Numbered from the stretch's first letter, positions 49,369-60,030 are shown. The stretch is DNA of 64,000 bases from an uncultured delta proteobacterium (GCA_963782055.1 CAWAIF010000003.1:1312001-1376000); one strand, 5' to 3'. Numbers and translations: made by a program. Notes: a model not told the origin generated them from the sequence alone.

Positions 49369-49479
49369 GGGGTAGCCTCCGAATTCACCTCGGCGGCGTG
49401 GAGTTCCGTCACGTCCGCCGGTGACGCGGCCCGGGCCCGCGTTGCTCTCGCCTGCCGCGTCTGACACAATCCATCCCAC

Positions 49480-50484
49480 ATGCAGCTCACGCTGGGCCAG
49501 CGCTTGCGCCTCTCGCGCGGCGCGCTCGTCTTCGCGGCGGTGGATCGCGCCGCGCACGCCCTCGCCAAGGTCCGCTACGCGATGCCCGACGCCTCGCCGG
49601 AGCGCCACCATGTCGTGGTGCACCGCAACGTCCCCTACCGCGAGGGCGGCGACCACCACAACAGCCTGGACGTCTACATCCCCACGCGGGCGCGCAAGCC
49701 CTTGCCGGTGGTGATGTACGTGCACGGCGGCGCCTTCGCCATGCTCTCCAAGGAGACGCACCGCGTGATGGCGCTGGCGATCGCGCGGCGCGGCTACCTC
49801 CTCTTCAACATCAACTATCGCCAGGGGCTGCGTCACACCTTCCCCACGCCCCTCGAGGACGCGGCGGAGGCGCTGCTCTGGGTCGCGAAGAACGCCGCGC
49901 GCTTCGGCGGCGACCCCACACGCATCGCGCTTGCGGGGGAGTCGGCGGGCGGCAACCTCGTCACCGCGCTGGCGGTCATGGCCACCGAGCCGCGGCCGGA
50001 GCCCTTCGCGAGGCGCGTGTATGATGCAAATATCTCGCTGCGCGCCGTCGTCTCGACCTACCCCTTCCTCGACCTGGGCGACACGCGCCGCTACCAGGAG
50101 CACCCCCGCCTCTCCTTCTGGTACAAGGCGGCGCTCTTCGACGCCGCCTCCGCGTACCTCGGGCACCGCGTCTTCCACGCCGAGCACGCCGAGCTGGCGA
50201 GCCCGCTGCGCATCCTGGAGAACGGCTTCTCCCCCGCGCGGCCGGTGCCGCCCTTCTTCATCTCCTGCGGCTCTCGCGACCCCTTCCTCCCGCAGTGCCG
50301 CCGCCTGAAGGAGGCCCTGGACCGCATGGGCGTAGACGCCGAGCTCTTCGTCGCGCCCGGCGAGATCCACGCCTTCGACGCGATGGTGTGGCGCAAGCCC
50401 GCGCGCGACAAGTGGCGGGCCACCCACGCCTTCCTCGCGCGCCATCTGGAGCACGTGCCGCTGGAGCGCCCCCGCCGCGGCTGA
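49480..50484 (+). CDS. Alpha/beta hydrolase, hormone-sensitive lipase (family IV) esterase
   Basis: HGGAF; GESAGG; D...HAF. Confidence 0.92.
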   Translation: MQLTLGQRLRLSRGALVFAAVDRAAHALAKVRYAMPDASPERHHVVVHRNVPYREGGDHHNSLDVYIPTRARKPLPVVMYVHGGAFAMLSKETHRVMALAIARRGYLLFNINYRQGLRHTFPTPLEDAAEALLWVAKNAARFGGDPTRIALAGESAGGNLVTALAVMATEPRPEPFARRVYDANISLRAVVSTYPFLDLGDTRRYQEHPRLSFWYKAALFDAASAYLGHRVFHAEHAELASPLRILENGFSPARPVPPFFISCGSRDPFLPQCRRLKEALDRMGVDAELFVAPGEIHAFDAMVWRKPARDKWRATHAFLARHLEHVPLERPRRG

Positions 50485-50543
50485 CACGACCGCCGTCGGG
50501 CGCACCTATTGCGGGCTGCGCGGCCCCGTGGCAAATCTGCGCC

Positions 50544-50927
50544 GTGTCCACCGCACTCACCGACGGCATCAAGGTCTCCGTCCAGTCGCAGTACGTCGCC
50601 GAGCAGTCGTCGCCCCGCGCCCAGCGCTACGTCTTCGCCTACACCGTGCGCATCGAGAACGAGGGCGCCAAGCCCGCGCAGCTTCGCAGCCGCCACTGGG
50701 TCATCACCGATGGCAGCGGCCGGGTGGAAGAGGTGAGGGGGCCTGGCGTCGTGGGCCAGCAGCCTTACCTTCACCCTGGAGAGCACTTCGAATATACGAG
50801 CGGGTGCGTGCTCACGACGCCCCGCGGCCAGATGCGCGGCACTTACCAGATGCACCGCCCCGACGGCTCCACCTTCGACGCGGCCATCGCCGCCTTCGAC
50901 CTCCTCCTGCCGTACTCCCTCAACTGA
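50544..50927 (+). CDS. apaG: ApaG protein
   Basis: YVFAYTVRIEN; RHWVITD; VRGPGVVGQQP; FEYTSG. Confidence 0.95.
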   Translation: MSTALTDGIKVSVQSQYVAEQSSPRAQRYVFAYTVRIENEGAKPAQLRSRHWVITDGSGRVEEVRGPGVVGQQPYLHPGEHFEYTSGCVLTTPRGQMRGTYQMHRPDGSTFDAAIAAFDLLLPYSLN

Positions 50928-50937
50928 TGGTGCTGTC

Positions 50938-51255
50938 ATGGACGAGCCCACCTACCAGAAGCTGGCTGACTCCACGTTCGCGACGATCGAGGACCTCTTC
51001 AAGGAGGTCGACGCCGACGACGTCGACTGCGAGCGAGCCGGAGACGTGCTGACGCTCACCTTCAAGGATGGGCAGAAGTGCATCATCAACACGCAGCGAC
51101 CCACGCGGCAGATCTGGGTCGCCGCGGGCGCGCGCGCCTGGCACTTCTCCTACGACACCAAGGAGGAGCGCTGGTACGACGACAAGGACGAGGCGCACGA
51201 GCTGTTCACCACGGTCAAGACGATCGTGAGCGACCAGGCGCACCTGTCCGTCTAG
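50938..51255 (+). CDS. cyaY: Frataxin homolog CyaY
   Basis: GDVLTL...IINTQRPTRQIWVA...WHF. Confidence 0.92.
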   Translation: MDEPTYQKLADSTFATIEDLFKEVDADDVDCERAGDVLTLTFKDGQKCIINTQRPTRQIWVAAGARAWHFSYDTKEERWYDDKDEAHELFTTVKTIVSDQAHLSV

Positions 51256-51259
51256 CCGG

Positions 51260-51652
51260 ATGTCCCTTTACGACGACATCGGCGGCGAGGAGGGCCTCCG
51301 CCGCGTGCTGCGTACTCTCTACGATCGCCTCTTCGACGACATGATGGTCGGCTTCCTGTTCGCCGGGAAGGACAAGGAGAAGCTGATCGAGCACCAGCTC
51401 TGGTTCACCGCGCGCTTCCTCGGCGGGCCGAGCCGCTACGCCGGCCGCTCGCTGCCCGACGCGCACGCGCACCTGCCGATCCTGCGTGGCCACTTCGACC
51501 GGCGGCACCACCTGCTGCGGCAGGCGCTGGAGGAGCACCACGTCCCCGCGCACGTCGCGGCGGAGTGGCTGCGCGTGGACCAGTCGCTCGCGCACGCGGT
51601 CATCAAGTCCGGCGCGGGGGCGCGGGAGCAGGCGCGCAAGGCGACCGACTGA
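51260..51652 (+). CDS. Group 1 truncated hemoglobin
   Basis: LYDDIGG...FLGGP..Y.GR...AH. Confidence 0.88.
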   Translation: MSLYDDIGGEEGLRRVLRTLYDRLFDDMMVGFLFAGKDKEKLIEHQLWFTARFLGGPSRYAGRSLPDAHAHLPILRGHFDRRHHLLRQALEEHHVPAHVAAEWLRVDQSLAHAVIKSGAGAREQARKATD

Positions 51653-51752
51653 CGAGGCGCCTCGCCGCGCATGCAGTGCGAGACGCGCGATCCGTGCGTG
51701 GCGCGTGGCGGACGATCGTCCGATTCCGCGGGCGCCACTGCTCGAGCCATGG

Positions 51753-51768
51753 CGGCACGGTGCTTGCT
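51753..51768 (+). promoter_or_regulatory. Sigma54 -24/-12 element
   Basis: CGGCACGGTGCTTGCT, close to the TGGCACG-N4-TTGC consensus. Confidence 0.6.
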
Positions 51769-51894
51769 CCGATCACGATCCGCCAGAGTGTTCGTTGCCC
51801 CCCGCGCCGATGACGCGACGAGGGCCAACGTCGAGCACGCCATGTGGGCGTTGCCGCGGTGTCGAGCCGTGTCGACGCGGAAAGGAGCGTCGTC

Positions 51895-52467
51895 ATGCCC
51901 TCCAAGAGATTTGCGATCGCGTCGGTGGGCATCGCCCTCGTCGCGGCGACCGCCGCATACAGAAATTGCGCGTCGACGGGCGACGAGGTCGGCACGACCA
52001 GCATCACCGCCGCCAGCATTCCGCCTCCCGGCTCCTGCCCAGCTGACGTGGCGGGCACCACAGTGACCACCACCGCCAGCGACGGCGCCGTGGCGCTCGA
52101 CTTCGCGACGAGCGGAGACGTGGCCGCGCTGCGCGTGCGCGTGCGCGGCATGTCCGAGCTGAACAACCGGAACCCCGGCGAGATGCGCCTGGCCGCCGGC
52201 AACCTCGGCGGCGTGGTGACGCTGCCCCAGGCGTCGGCGTCGGTGGAAGATCGTCCGGACGGGGCGCGTCTCATCGTGCGTCCGGCGGACCCCGCGCAGC
52301 TCGGCGTGCTCCAGCGCGATGCGCCGGAGTGGGCCGACCGGCTGGCGAGCGGGCAGTGCCCCTCGCTGGGACCGCGCCCCGTTCAGGCAGCGCCGCGGAT
52401 GGCTCCGCAGGAGGTGCCGGTGAACCACGACATCCTCACCCCGCCGCCCTTCACGCCCGCGCGCTGA
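51895..52467 (+). CDS. Exported hypothetical protein
   Basis: AAAGGAG RBS; signal peptide; internal repeat (SDGAVALDF / PDGARLIV). Confidence 0.65.
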   Translation: MPSKRFAIASVGIALVAATAAYRNCASTGDEVGTTSITAASIPPPGSCPADVAGTTVTTTASDGAVALDFATSGDVAALRVRVRGMSELNNRNPGEMRLAAGNLGGVVTLPQASASVEDRPDGARLIVRPADPAQLGVLQRDAPEWADRLASGQCPSLGPRPVQAAPRMAPQEVPVNHDILTPPPFTPAR

Positions 52468-52530
52468 TCGCCGCGCGACCGGCGGGGGGACGCGCCTCCC
52501 GTTGCGCTCGCCTCTGGTACAACCGTTTCC

Positions 52531-53838
52531 ATGGGCTGCTGGCACTACTACCTCCCGGAGGAAGGCAAGGAGGCGGCCTTCTCCATCGACGCCTCGCGCA
52601 TCGTCTTCGGGCGAGGCGCGGTGCGGGAGGTGGGCGAGCACGCGCGCGCGCTCGGCTGCGCCCGCGTGGCGCTCTTCACCGACCCCCGCGTCGGCGGCAT
52701 GGAGCACGTGCGCCGCGCGCGCGAGTCGTTGCAGAATGCACGTATCGACGTGGCGCTCTACGACGCCGTCCACGTCGAGCCCACCGACGCCTCCTTCCGC
52801 GAGGCCGCGCGCTTCGCCGCGGACGGTCGCTTCGACGGCTACGTCTCGGTGGGCGGCGGGTCGGTCATGGACACGTGCAAGGCTGCCGCGCTCTACGCGA
52901 CCTACCCCGCGGACTTCCTCGACTACGTCAATCGCCCGGTGGGCGCTGGCAAGCCGGTGCCCGGCCCGCTGCCGCCGCACGTCGCGTGTCCGACGACGTG
53001 CGGGACGGGCAGCGAGACCACCGGCATCGCCATCTGCGACGTGCTCGACCTGAAGGCGAAGACCGGCATCGCCTCCGCGCGCCTGCGCCCGTCGCTCGCG
53101 CTCGTCGACCCCGACGCCACGGGCAGCCTCCCGTCGCAGGTCGTCGCCGCGAGCGGCTACGACGTCCTCTGCCACGCGCTGGAGTCCTTCACCGCGCGCC
53201 CCTTCACCGCCCGCGACCCCGCCTCGCCGCCGGGCGCCCGGCCGATGAGCCAGGGCGCCAACCCGTGGAGCGACGTGGGCAGTCGTGAGGCGCTGCGCCT
53301 GGCCGGCGCCTACCTGGTGCGCGCAGTGCGCGATCCGGCCGACGCCGAGGCGCGGGAGAAGCTCATGTGGGCGGCCACGCTCGCCGGCGTCGCCTTCGGC
53401 AACGCGGGGGTGCACCTGCCGCACGGCATGGCCTACGCCGTCGCCGGCCTGGTGCGCGACTTCCGCATGCCCGGCTACCCCGACGCCGAGCCGATGGTGC
53501 CGCACGGCGTCTCGGTCGTGGTGAGCGCGCCGAGCGTCTTCCGCTTCACCGCGCCGGCGTGCCCGGATCGCCACCTGGAGGCGGCCGCCATCCTGGGCGC
53601 CGATGTGCGCGGCGCGACGCCGGAGGACGCCGGCGAGGTGCTCGCCTCCGCGCTGGCGAAGGCGATGCAGGACACCGGCATCCCCAACGGCCTCGGCGCG
53701 GTGGGCTACGCGGACGGGGACGTGGGCGCGCTCACCCGCGGCACCCTCGTGCAGCAGCGTCTGCTGAGTAACGCCCCGCGCGCGGTGGGCGAGGCCGAGT
53801 TCGGCGATCTCTTCCGCGGCGCGATGCGCTACTGGTGA
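52531..53838 (+). CDS. Hydroxyacid-oxoacid transhydrogenase (Fe-ADH family, ADHFE1-like)
   Basis: [47 protein letters not shown]. Confidence 0.9.
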   Translation: MGCWHYYLPEEGKEAAFSIDASRIVFGRGAVREVGEHARALGCARVALFTDPRVGGMEHVRRARESLQNARIDVALYDAVHVEPTDASFREAARFAADGRFDGYVSVGGGSVMDTCKAAALYATYPADFLDYVNRPVGAGKPVPGPLPPHVACPTTCGTGSETTGIAICDVLDLKAKTGIASARLRPSLALVDPDATGSLPSQVVAASGYDVLCHALESFTARPFTARDPASPPGARPMSQGANPWSDVGSREALRLAGAYLVRAVRDPADAEAREKLMWAATLAGVAFGNAGVHLPHGMAYAVAGLVRDFRMPGYPDAEPMVPHGVSVVVSAPSVFRFTAPACPDRHLEAAAILGADVRGATPEDAGEVLASALAKAMQDTGIPNGLGAVGYADGDVGALTRGTLVQQRLLSNAPRAVGEAEFGDLFRGAMRYW

Positions 53839-53842
53839 CGCC

Positions 53843-54286
53843 ATGCCCGACAAGCCCGCGCCGCCGGCGGACACGCGCGCCGACTACCCGCACCTGCTCC
53901 GCGTGCCGACGCGCTGGATGGACAACGACGTCTACGGCCACGTAAACAACGTCGTGTACTACGCGTACTTCGACACCGTCATCAACCGCTGGCTCGTCGG
54001 CGAGGGCGGGCTGGACGTCGCGCGTGACCCGGTGATCGGCGTGTGCGTCGAGTCGCAGTGTCGCTACCTCCGGTCGGTCGCGTTCCCGGAGGACGTCGAC
54101 GCGGGCCTGCGGGTGGTCACCCTGGGCACGAGCAGCGTGCGCTACGAGATCGGCATCTTCCGCGCGGACACAGAGGACCTGTGCGCGGCCGGCTCCTTCG
54201 TCCACGTGTTCGTCGACCGCGCGACGCGCAAGCCGTCACCCATCCCGGCGGGTGTGCGGGCCGCGCTGGCGCGGATCGCCCGCTGA
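53843..54286 (+). CDS. Acyl-CoA thioesterase (4HBT-like)
   Basis: [18 protein letters not shown]. Confidence 0.92.
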   Translation: MPDKPAPPADTRADYPHLLRVPTRWMDNDVYGHVNNVVYYAYFDTVINRWLVGEGGLDVARDPVIGVCVESQCRYLRSVAFPEDVDAGLRVVTLGTSSVRYEIGIFRADTEDLCAAGSFVHVFVDRATRKPSPIPAGVRAALARIAR

Positions 54287-55609
54287 TCAGGGGACGGACA
54301 CGGCGATGTAGCCGCCGCTGCCGGTGGTCCCAGCGGCCCCGCCGCCGGCGGCAGGAGCCTGGTAGTAAGCGTGGTTGGTGTTCGGCGCGATGGTGCCGTT
54401 GCCCGTGGCGGTGGACCCGCCGGTGCCGGTCGGGTCGACGTACCCGCCGCCGCCACCACCGCCCTTGCCGCCTGGGCACCCCAGCGCGCCGGGCGACCCG
54501 GCACCTCCGCCGTAGAACCCGCCGCCGCCACCGCCGCCGGTGTAGCCACCGGTGCCGCCGCCAGGCATTCCGCCCGGGGTCAGCTTGGGGTTCCAGCTGC
54601 CTCCCTGGAGCTGCGTTCCGGCGGGCGCGGTGTTGCACGCGGTGCCGCCCTTGCCGCCCGCGGTCGTCGTGCCCCCCTTGCCGCCTCCCGTGCCGACGCC
54701 GTCTTCGCCAGCCGCCCCGCTTCCGGCCCCGCCCGCCGTGCCGGCGGCGCTCTGGCCTTGCTGGAAGGAGTAGTAGCCGCCGCCTCCTCCGCCACCGCCG
54801 CCGGCGACGATCAGGTACGGCGTGCCGCCGTCGGTGGTGGGGGTGACCCCGGCGTCCAGCAGGTCTCCGCGCGCCACCGCGGAGTAGCCGCCGCCACCGC
54901 CGCCGCGCCCCTGCGTGTTGTTGTTCAGACCGCCGGTGCCGCCGGTCGCGACGATGAGCGTCAGCGTCTCCCCCGGCGTGACCGGGAAGGTCGCCTCGGC
55001 GAAGCCGCCCGCCCCGCCCGCGGCGCCGGAGAGCTTGTTGTTGCTGGCCATGCCGCCGCCGCCGCCTCCCGCGCCCCACGCGGTGATGGTCGCGTTGTTC
55101 ACGTCGTCCGGCACGACGAAGGTCGTCGACGTGTCGGTCGCGAGCAGCAGGTGGCCGACGCGGATCGTCAGCGGTCGCGACGCCGTCAGCCCGGTGGGCG
55201 TGCTCTGCGCCGACACCGCGACCTGGAGCACCTGTCCGGGGGTGACCGTCTTGTCGGCGAAGACGTTGAGCGTGCCGGTGCTCGCGTTGCCCGGGATGAT
55301 CGCCGAGCCGCTGATGCCCGACGCGCCCGTCACGGTGATCGCGACCGCCTCGGAGAAGCCGTCCTTGCGCGCCAGCGTGATGGCGACCGGGCCGCTCGCG
55401 CCGGCGGGCTCCAGCACCAGCTGCCCCGGCGTGATGGTCATGTCGTAGCTCGGGTTGGTCGCCGCCTCGAAGGGCGCGTCGACGCACCCGCCGTCGGCGC
55501 AGGGGTCCTGCACCGCGAGGTCGCGGTCCTGCAGACCGGCGATGGCCTCGCACCCGACAGCCGCCGCCAGGGCGAGGGCGCCCACGAAAGCCATGCGAAG
55601 CGCGCGCAT
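54287..55609 (-). CDS. Gly-rich surface lipoprotein with Ig-like N-domain
   Basis: Lipobox AAVGC; TFVVP...AWGAGGGGG; VAGGGGG; GGGGGFYGGG Gly-rich domain. Confidence 0.82.
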   Translation of the reverse strand: MRALRMAFVGALALAAAVGCEAIAGLQDRDLAVQDPCADGGCVDAPFEAATNPSYDMTITPGQLVLEPAGASGPVAITLARKDGFSEAVAITVTGASGISGSAIIPGNASTGTLNVFADKTVTPGQVLQVAVSAQSTPTGLTASRPLTIRVGHLLLATDTSTTFVVPDDVNNATITAWGAGGGGGGMASNNKLSGAAGGAGGFAEATFPVTPGETLTLIVATGGTGGLNNNTQGRGGGGGGYSAVARGDLLDAGVTPTTDGGTPYLIVAGGGGGGGGGYYSFQQGQSAAGTAGGAGSGAAGEDGVGTGGGKGGTTTAGGKGGTACNTAPAGTQLQGGSWNPKLTPGGMPGGGTGGYTGGGGGGGFYGGGAGSPGALGCPGGKGGGGGGGYVDPTGTGGSTATGNGTIAPNTNHAYYQAPAAGGGAAGTTGSGGYIAVSVP

Positions 55610-55610
55610 C

Positions 55611-56588
55611 CTAGAACCTCCCTCCGACGGTGATCCCCCCGCCGTTCCGCCCGATCGCCGGCGCGACGCCGAGCGAGCCGATCGTCGGCGTGACGTGGTG
55701 CTTGGCCGTCGCGACGAGGTACGCGCCCACCGCCGCCGCGGCCACGCCGACGGGGATGAGCACGTCGCTCAGCACCGCGAAGGTGTGCGCGGAGGAGTTC
55801 TTGTCCAGCGCGTCCTGCGTGGGACACGGCCCGCCGGGGCACGCGTCGTTCACCTCGCCGGCGAGGGAGAGCGTCATCACGCCGAAGACGATCCCGGCGC
55901 CGAGCACGGCGGCGCCCCCGCCGACGGCGACCCAGCCGCCGATGAGCTTGGGCTGGGAGGTCTCGTAGTGCGGCTGCTCCGCCGGCGGCGGCGTCGTCAC
56001 CTTGGGCGTCGGGGGAGGGGGCGGCGGCGCGGCGTCCTCGAGCGCGGGCATCGCCACGTCCTTGGTCTCGCCGGGGTCCACGTGAAAGTGCGTGGTGGAG
56101 GTCTTCTTCTTCGGCGCGGAGACCTCGAGGGTGTGGTCGCCCGGGTCGATGGCGAAGGACGTGCCCAGCACCGCGGCGTCGAGCGTCTTGCCGTCCAGCT
56201 TCATCGTCGTGCCGACGTCCGCCGCGCCGGTGATGGTGGTGTGCGGGAGCTGCGGCTCGATCGCCGCGACGCGCTCCTTCGCGATGGCGAGGCGCTTGCG
56301 GTCGTGCGTCGCCAGCCGCGCCAGCTCCTTGTACTCGCCCCACGCGCTGGCGATCTTGCCCTGCAGCTCGTAGCAGTGGGCGAGGTTGAGGCGCGTGCCG
56401 AGCGTGGGCGAGAGGCGCAGGCTCTCGGCGAACTTGGGACACGCCTCGTCGAACTTGCCGGCGTCGACGAGGTGGCGGGCGTCGTCGAAGAGGCCCTCGG
56501 CGATGGCGGTGTTGTCTCCCTGGGCGCGCGCCACGCCGCCGGCGCAGACGAGGGCGGCGAGGATGGGGAGGGCGAGGTGCGCCTTCAT
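55611..56588 (-). CDS. Exported TPR + PEGA-like protein with C-terminal hydrophobic segments
   Basis: Signal ARA-Q; AEGLFDDA...ACPKFAES...LNLAHCYE..GKIASAW; IDPGDH; ends GITVGGRF. Confidence 0.85.
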   Translation of the reverse strand: MKAHLALPILAALVCAGGVARAQGDNTAIAEGLFDDARHLVDAGKFDEACPKFAESLRLSPTLGTRLNLAHCYELQGKIASAWGEYKELARLATHDRKRLAIAKERVAAIEPQLPHTTITGAADVGTTMKLDGKTLDAAVLGTSFAIDPGDHTLEVSAPKKKTSTTHFHVDPGETKDVAMPALEDAAPPPPPPTPKVTTPPPAEQPHYETSQPKLIGGWVAVGGGAAVLGAGIVFGVMTLSLAGEVNDACPGGPCPTQDALDKNSSAHTFAVLSDVLIPVGVAAAAVGAYLVATAKHHVTPTIGSLGVAPAIGRNGGGITVGGRF

Positions 56589-58066
56589 CGCGCCCAGGGG
56601 TCCTCGTTCTTGTCCGCGGGCCGCGCCGTCGCCGTCGCCCTCGCGGTCGCCGGCGGGGGCGCGGTCAGGTCCATCGTCGCGGTGGCGGTGACCGTCGGCG
56701 CGGCCGTGGCGCTCGCGGTCGCGCTCGGCGCTTCGGCGCTGGCGGACGCGCTCGCCGTCGTGTCGGCCTTCGCGGTGGTCGCCTGGTTCGCGGCTGTCGT
56801 CGCGGTGGTGGTGGTCGGCGCGGGTGGTGTCGCGACGGCTGGCGCCTGGGTCACGACGGGCGCCTCATGGCGCGCCTGCCACACGCGGAAGCTCACGAAG
56901 CCGACGGCCGCCACGGCGAAGACCGCCAGCAGGCCCACCCAGAAGGAGAGGAGCGAGCGCGGCGGCGGCTCCGCCTCGATCCCCGGCTCCCTGCCAGGGA
57001 GCGAGGCCGCGCTGGGGTAGGAGCTCGTGCCGGCCACGGAGCCTGCCCCGGGGAAGGAGCTGGTGCCGGGCAACGAACCCGCGGGCGGCGGGAGACTCGG
57101 CGCGGAGGCGAACCCGGGCGCCGGCGCCGGCTGCACGCCGGAGTGTGACTGCGTCGCCGGCGCGAGCGTGGCGTTCATGGAGATGGACGCGGGCAGGGGC
57201 AGACCGAGCGCCTCCGCCAGCGCCTCCACCTGCTCGCCGGCCGTGGCCCAGCGTCTCGCCGGATCGCGATGGCACGAGCGCAGGAACCACGCGTCGAACC
57301 CGGGTACCGCCGCGAGACGGGGGTTCTGCGTGCTGGGCGGTGGCATCGGGTCGTTGAGGATCATCGACATCAGCTCGCCGGTCGTCGCCGACGGCCAGTA
57401 GCTGGCCCCCGCCAGAAACCGGTACGCGAGCATGCCCAGCGCCCACACGTCCGTCTGCGGCCCCACGGGGTGGTTGCGCACCTGCTCGGGCGCCATGAAG
57501 TACGGCGTGCCGAGGAGCGTGCCGGCCTGCGTCGCCTCGGCGTCCTGCATGTCGTCGCGGATCTTGGCGACGCCGAAGTCCAGCAGCTTGACGACCTCGA
57601 TGCCGTCGTCGCGGCTGTGCAGGAAGATGTTCTCCGGCTTGATGTCGCGGTGGACGATGCCGGCGGCGTGGGCGCGATCCAGCGCGCGGCCCACCTGCCA
57701 CAAGATCCCCAGCGCCTGCTCAGGAGTGAAGGCGCCCAGCCGGCGCATGCGCCGCCGGCTGTCCTCTCCCTCCAGCAGCTCCATCACCAGGAAGGGCACG
57801 CCGCCGAGCTCCGGCGACATGTCGGCGTCGATGATGCGCACCACGTGCTCGCTCTTGATCTTCGCCGCGGCGCGGGCCTCCCGGCGGAAGCGCTCCACGA
57901 TCTCCGGGCTGTCACCGAACATGCGGTGGAGCACCTTGAGCGCGAGCTGATCGCCGGTGTGGATGTGCTCCACCAGCATCACCGCGCCCATGCCCCCTCG
58001 GCCGATCTCCCCGATGACGCGGTAGCGCCCGGCCACGACCATCTCTGCGGTGGATGGCCCCATCAT
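56585..58066 (-). CDS. Membrane-anchored Hanks-type Ser/Thr protein kinase
   Basis: IGRGGMG, HRDIKPEN, DFG, GTPYFMAPEQ; TM; Thr/Ala-rich tail; ATGA overlap with the downstream gene. Confidence 0.95.
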   Translation of the reverse strand: MMGPSTAEMVVAGRYRVIGEIGRGGMGAVMLVEHIHTGDQLALKVLHRMFGDSPEIVERFRREARAAAKIKSEHVVRIIDADMSPELGGVPFLVMELLEGEDSRRRMRRLGAFTPEQALGILWQVGRALDRAHAAGIVHRDIKPENIFLHSRDDGIEVVKLLDFGVAKIRDDMQDAEATQAGTLLGTPYFMAPEQVRNHPVGPQTDVWALGMLAYRFLAGASYWPSATTGELMSMILNDPMPPPSTQNPRLAAVPGFDAWFLRSCHRDPARRWATAGEQVEALAEALGLPLPASISMNATLAPATQSHSGVQPAPAPGFASAPSLPPPAGSLPGTSSFPGAGSVAGTSSYPSAASLPGREPGIEAEPPPRSLLSFWVGLLAVFAVAAVGFVSFRVWQARHEAPVVTQAPAVATPPAPTTTTATTAANQATTAKADTTASASASAEAPSATASATAAPTVTATATMDLTAPPPATARATATARPADKNEDPWAR

Positions 58067-58122
58067 CGACGCCCGAGCCTACCACACGAGCCGCTCGGCA
58101 AAGTCTCACCCTTGCGTGAGGC

Positions 58123-58169
58123 TTGACACCCCTCGACACCCATACTACCAACCCTTACGTAAGCGTAAG
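58123..58169 (+). promoter_or_regulatory. Promoter/operator of the MerR-isc operon
   Basis: TTGACA at 58123; palindrome CTTACG-taag-CGTAAG at 58154-58169, ending 2 nt before the ATG. Confidence 0.65.
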
Positions 58170-58171
58170 AC

Positions 58172-58711
58172 ATGTCCGAGATCGTCCGCCTCCCCATCGC
58201 CACCGACCCCTCCACGGGAGAGGTGCGCCCGGAAGAGGTGATGCAAGTGGGCGATCTGGCGCGGGAAACGGGCAAGACCGTCCGTGCCATCCACCTCTAC
58301 GACGAGCTGGGCCTGCTCCAACCGCTGGGTCGCTCCAAGGGTCGCTACCGGCTCTACGGGCCCGACGCCCTCCTTCGCATTCGCTGGATCGGCAAGCTCC
58401 AGGACATGGGCTTCAGCCTCACCGACATCCAGACCGTCGTGCGCGACTGGGAGGCCTCCGGCTCCGCCCCCCGCGCGATGACGAAGATGCGTGAGGTCTA
58501 CAAGAACAAGCTGGAGGAGACGCGCAAGCACCTCCGCCGCCTCGCCCAGCTCGAGCGCGAGCTGCAGGCGAGCCTCCACTACCTGGACACGTGCGAGGTG
58601 TGCGAGCCGGACCGCCTGCTCACCGCGTGCAACGCGTGCGACCACCACGACTGCGAGCACTCGGTGCCCGAGCTGGTGGCCGGCTTCCGCGCGAATCCCG
58701 AGAGGATGTGA
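58172..58711 (+). CDS. MerR-family regulator with C-terminal Cys cluster
   Basis: [26 protein letters not shown]...RYRLY; GFSLTDI; CEVC-x8-CNAC-x4-C. Confidence 0.9.
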   Translation: MSEIVRLPIATDPSTGEVRPEEVMQVGDLARETGKTVRAIHLYDELGLLQPLGRSKGRYRLYGPDALLRIRWIGKLQDMGFSLTDIQTVVRDWEASGSAPRAMTKMREVYKNKLEETRKHLRRLAQLERELQASLHYLDTCEVCEPDRLLTACNACDHHDCEHSVPELVAGFRANPERM

Positions 58712-58737
58712 ATGAGCTCACATCCCTCTCAGGACAG

Positions 58738-58791
58738 GTCTCAGGGCCGGCACGCGCCGCCCCTCCCCACCCAAGTGAATTGGGCGGGGCC
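58738..58791. repeat. 54-bp hairpin repeat upstream of iscS
   Basis: 50/54 identical (counted by eye) to 60044-60097; partial third copy at 7757-7795. Confidence 0.85.
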
Positions 58792-58806
58792 ACTCTGAGG
58801 ACATCC

Positions 58807-60030
58807 ATGGCCGTCAAGCTTCCCATCTTCATGGACAACCACTCGACCACGCCGGTGGACCCGCGCGTGCTCGAGGAGATGCTGCCGTACTTCACCGAGA
58901 AGTTCGGCAACGCGGCGAGCCGCAGCCACGTCTTCGGCTGGGTGGCGGAGGAAGCGGTCGGCCACGCGCGCGAGCGCATCGCCCAGCTCATCGGCGCGTC
59001 GAGCGAGAAGGAGATCGTCTTCACCTCCGGCGCGACGGAGTCGGACAACCTGGCGCTCAAGGGTGTGGCCGAGTTCTACAAGGACAAGGGCGACCACATC
59101 ATCACGACGGTGACCGAGCACAAGGCCATCCTGGACACGTGCAAGCGCCTGGAGAAGGAGGGCTTCCAGGTCACCTACCTGGGCGTGGACAAGACCGGCC
59201 GGGTCGACCCGGACGACGTGAAGAAGGCCATCACCGACAAGACCATCCTGGTCAGCATCATGCTCGCCAACAACGAGATCGGCACGGTGCAGCCGCTCGA
59301 GGCCATCGGCAAGATCACCCGCGAGAAGGGCGTGCTGCTCCACTCCGACGCGGTGCAGGGCGTCGGCAAGGTGGACTTCGACGTCCAGAAGATGAACGTG
59401 GACCTCGCCTCCATCACCGCCCACAAGATGTACGGGCCGAAGGGCGTCGGCGCGCTGTACGTGCGGCGCAGCAAGCCGCGCGTGCGCGTCGTCGCGCAGA
59501 TGGACGGCGGCGGTCACGAGCGCGGCATGCGCTCCGGCACCCTCAACGTCCCCGGGATCGTCGGCTTCGGCAAGGCGGCGGAGATCATGCGCACCGAGGG
59601 CAAGGAGGAGAACGCCCGCATCCTCGCCCTGCGCGAGCGCCTCCGCGCGAAGTTCATGGACAGCCTGGAAGAGGTGTACGTCAACGGATCGATGGAGCAC
59701 CGCCACCCCGGCAACCTCAACGTCTCCTTCAACTTCGTCGAGGGCGAGGCCATGATGATGGCCATCAAGGACGTGGCGGTCAGCTCCGGCTCGGCGTGCA
59801 CCTCCGCCAGCCTGGAGCCGAGCTACGTGCTCCGCGCCCTCGGCGCTTCGGACGAGCTGGCGCACTCCAGCATTCGCTTCGGCCTCGGCCGCTTCAACAC
59901 GCAGGAAGAGGTCGACTACGTGGCCGACCTCGTCATCGGCAAGGTGAAGCACCTGCGCGACATGTCCCCCCTCTGGGAGATGCACAAGGAAGGCATCGAC
60001 CTCAAATCCGTCCAGTGGGCCGCTCATTGA
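58807..60030 (+). CDS. iscS: Cysteine desulfurase IscS
   Basis: [50 protein letters not shown]. Confidence 0.97.
   Translation: MAVKLPIFMDNHSTTPVDPRVLEEMLPYFTEKFGNAASRSHVFGWVAEEAVGHARERIAQLIGASSEKEIVFTSGATESDNLALKGVAEFYKDKGDHIITTVTEHKAILDTCKRLEKEGFQVTYLGVDKTGRVDPDDVKKAITDKTILVSIMLANNEIGTVQPLEAIGKITREKGVLLHSDAVQGVGKVDFDVQKMNVDLASITAHKMYGPKGVGALYVRRSKPRVRVVAQMDGGGHERGMRSGTLNVPGIVGFGKAAEIMRTEGKEENARILALRERLRAKFMDSLEEVYVNGSMEHRHPGNLNVSFNFVEGEAMMMAIKDVAVSSGSACTSASLEPSYVLRALGASDELAHSSIRFGLGRFNTQEEVDYVADLVIGKVKHLRDMSPLWEMHKEGIDLKSVQWAAH

Noticed and set aside
49330..50505. 959-aa amidase ORF extension
   Set aside because: The upstream part is the antisense shadow of the esterase gene.
58765..58790. 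Iron-responsive element (IRE) hairpin beside iscS
   Set aside because: The loop is AAGUGAAU rather than CAGUGN, and a related copy occurs at a non-iron locus (7757).
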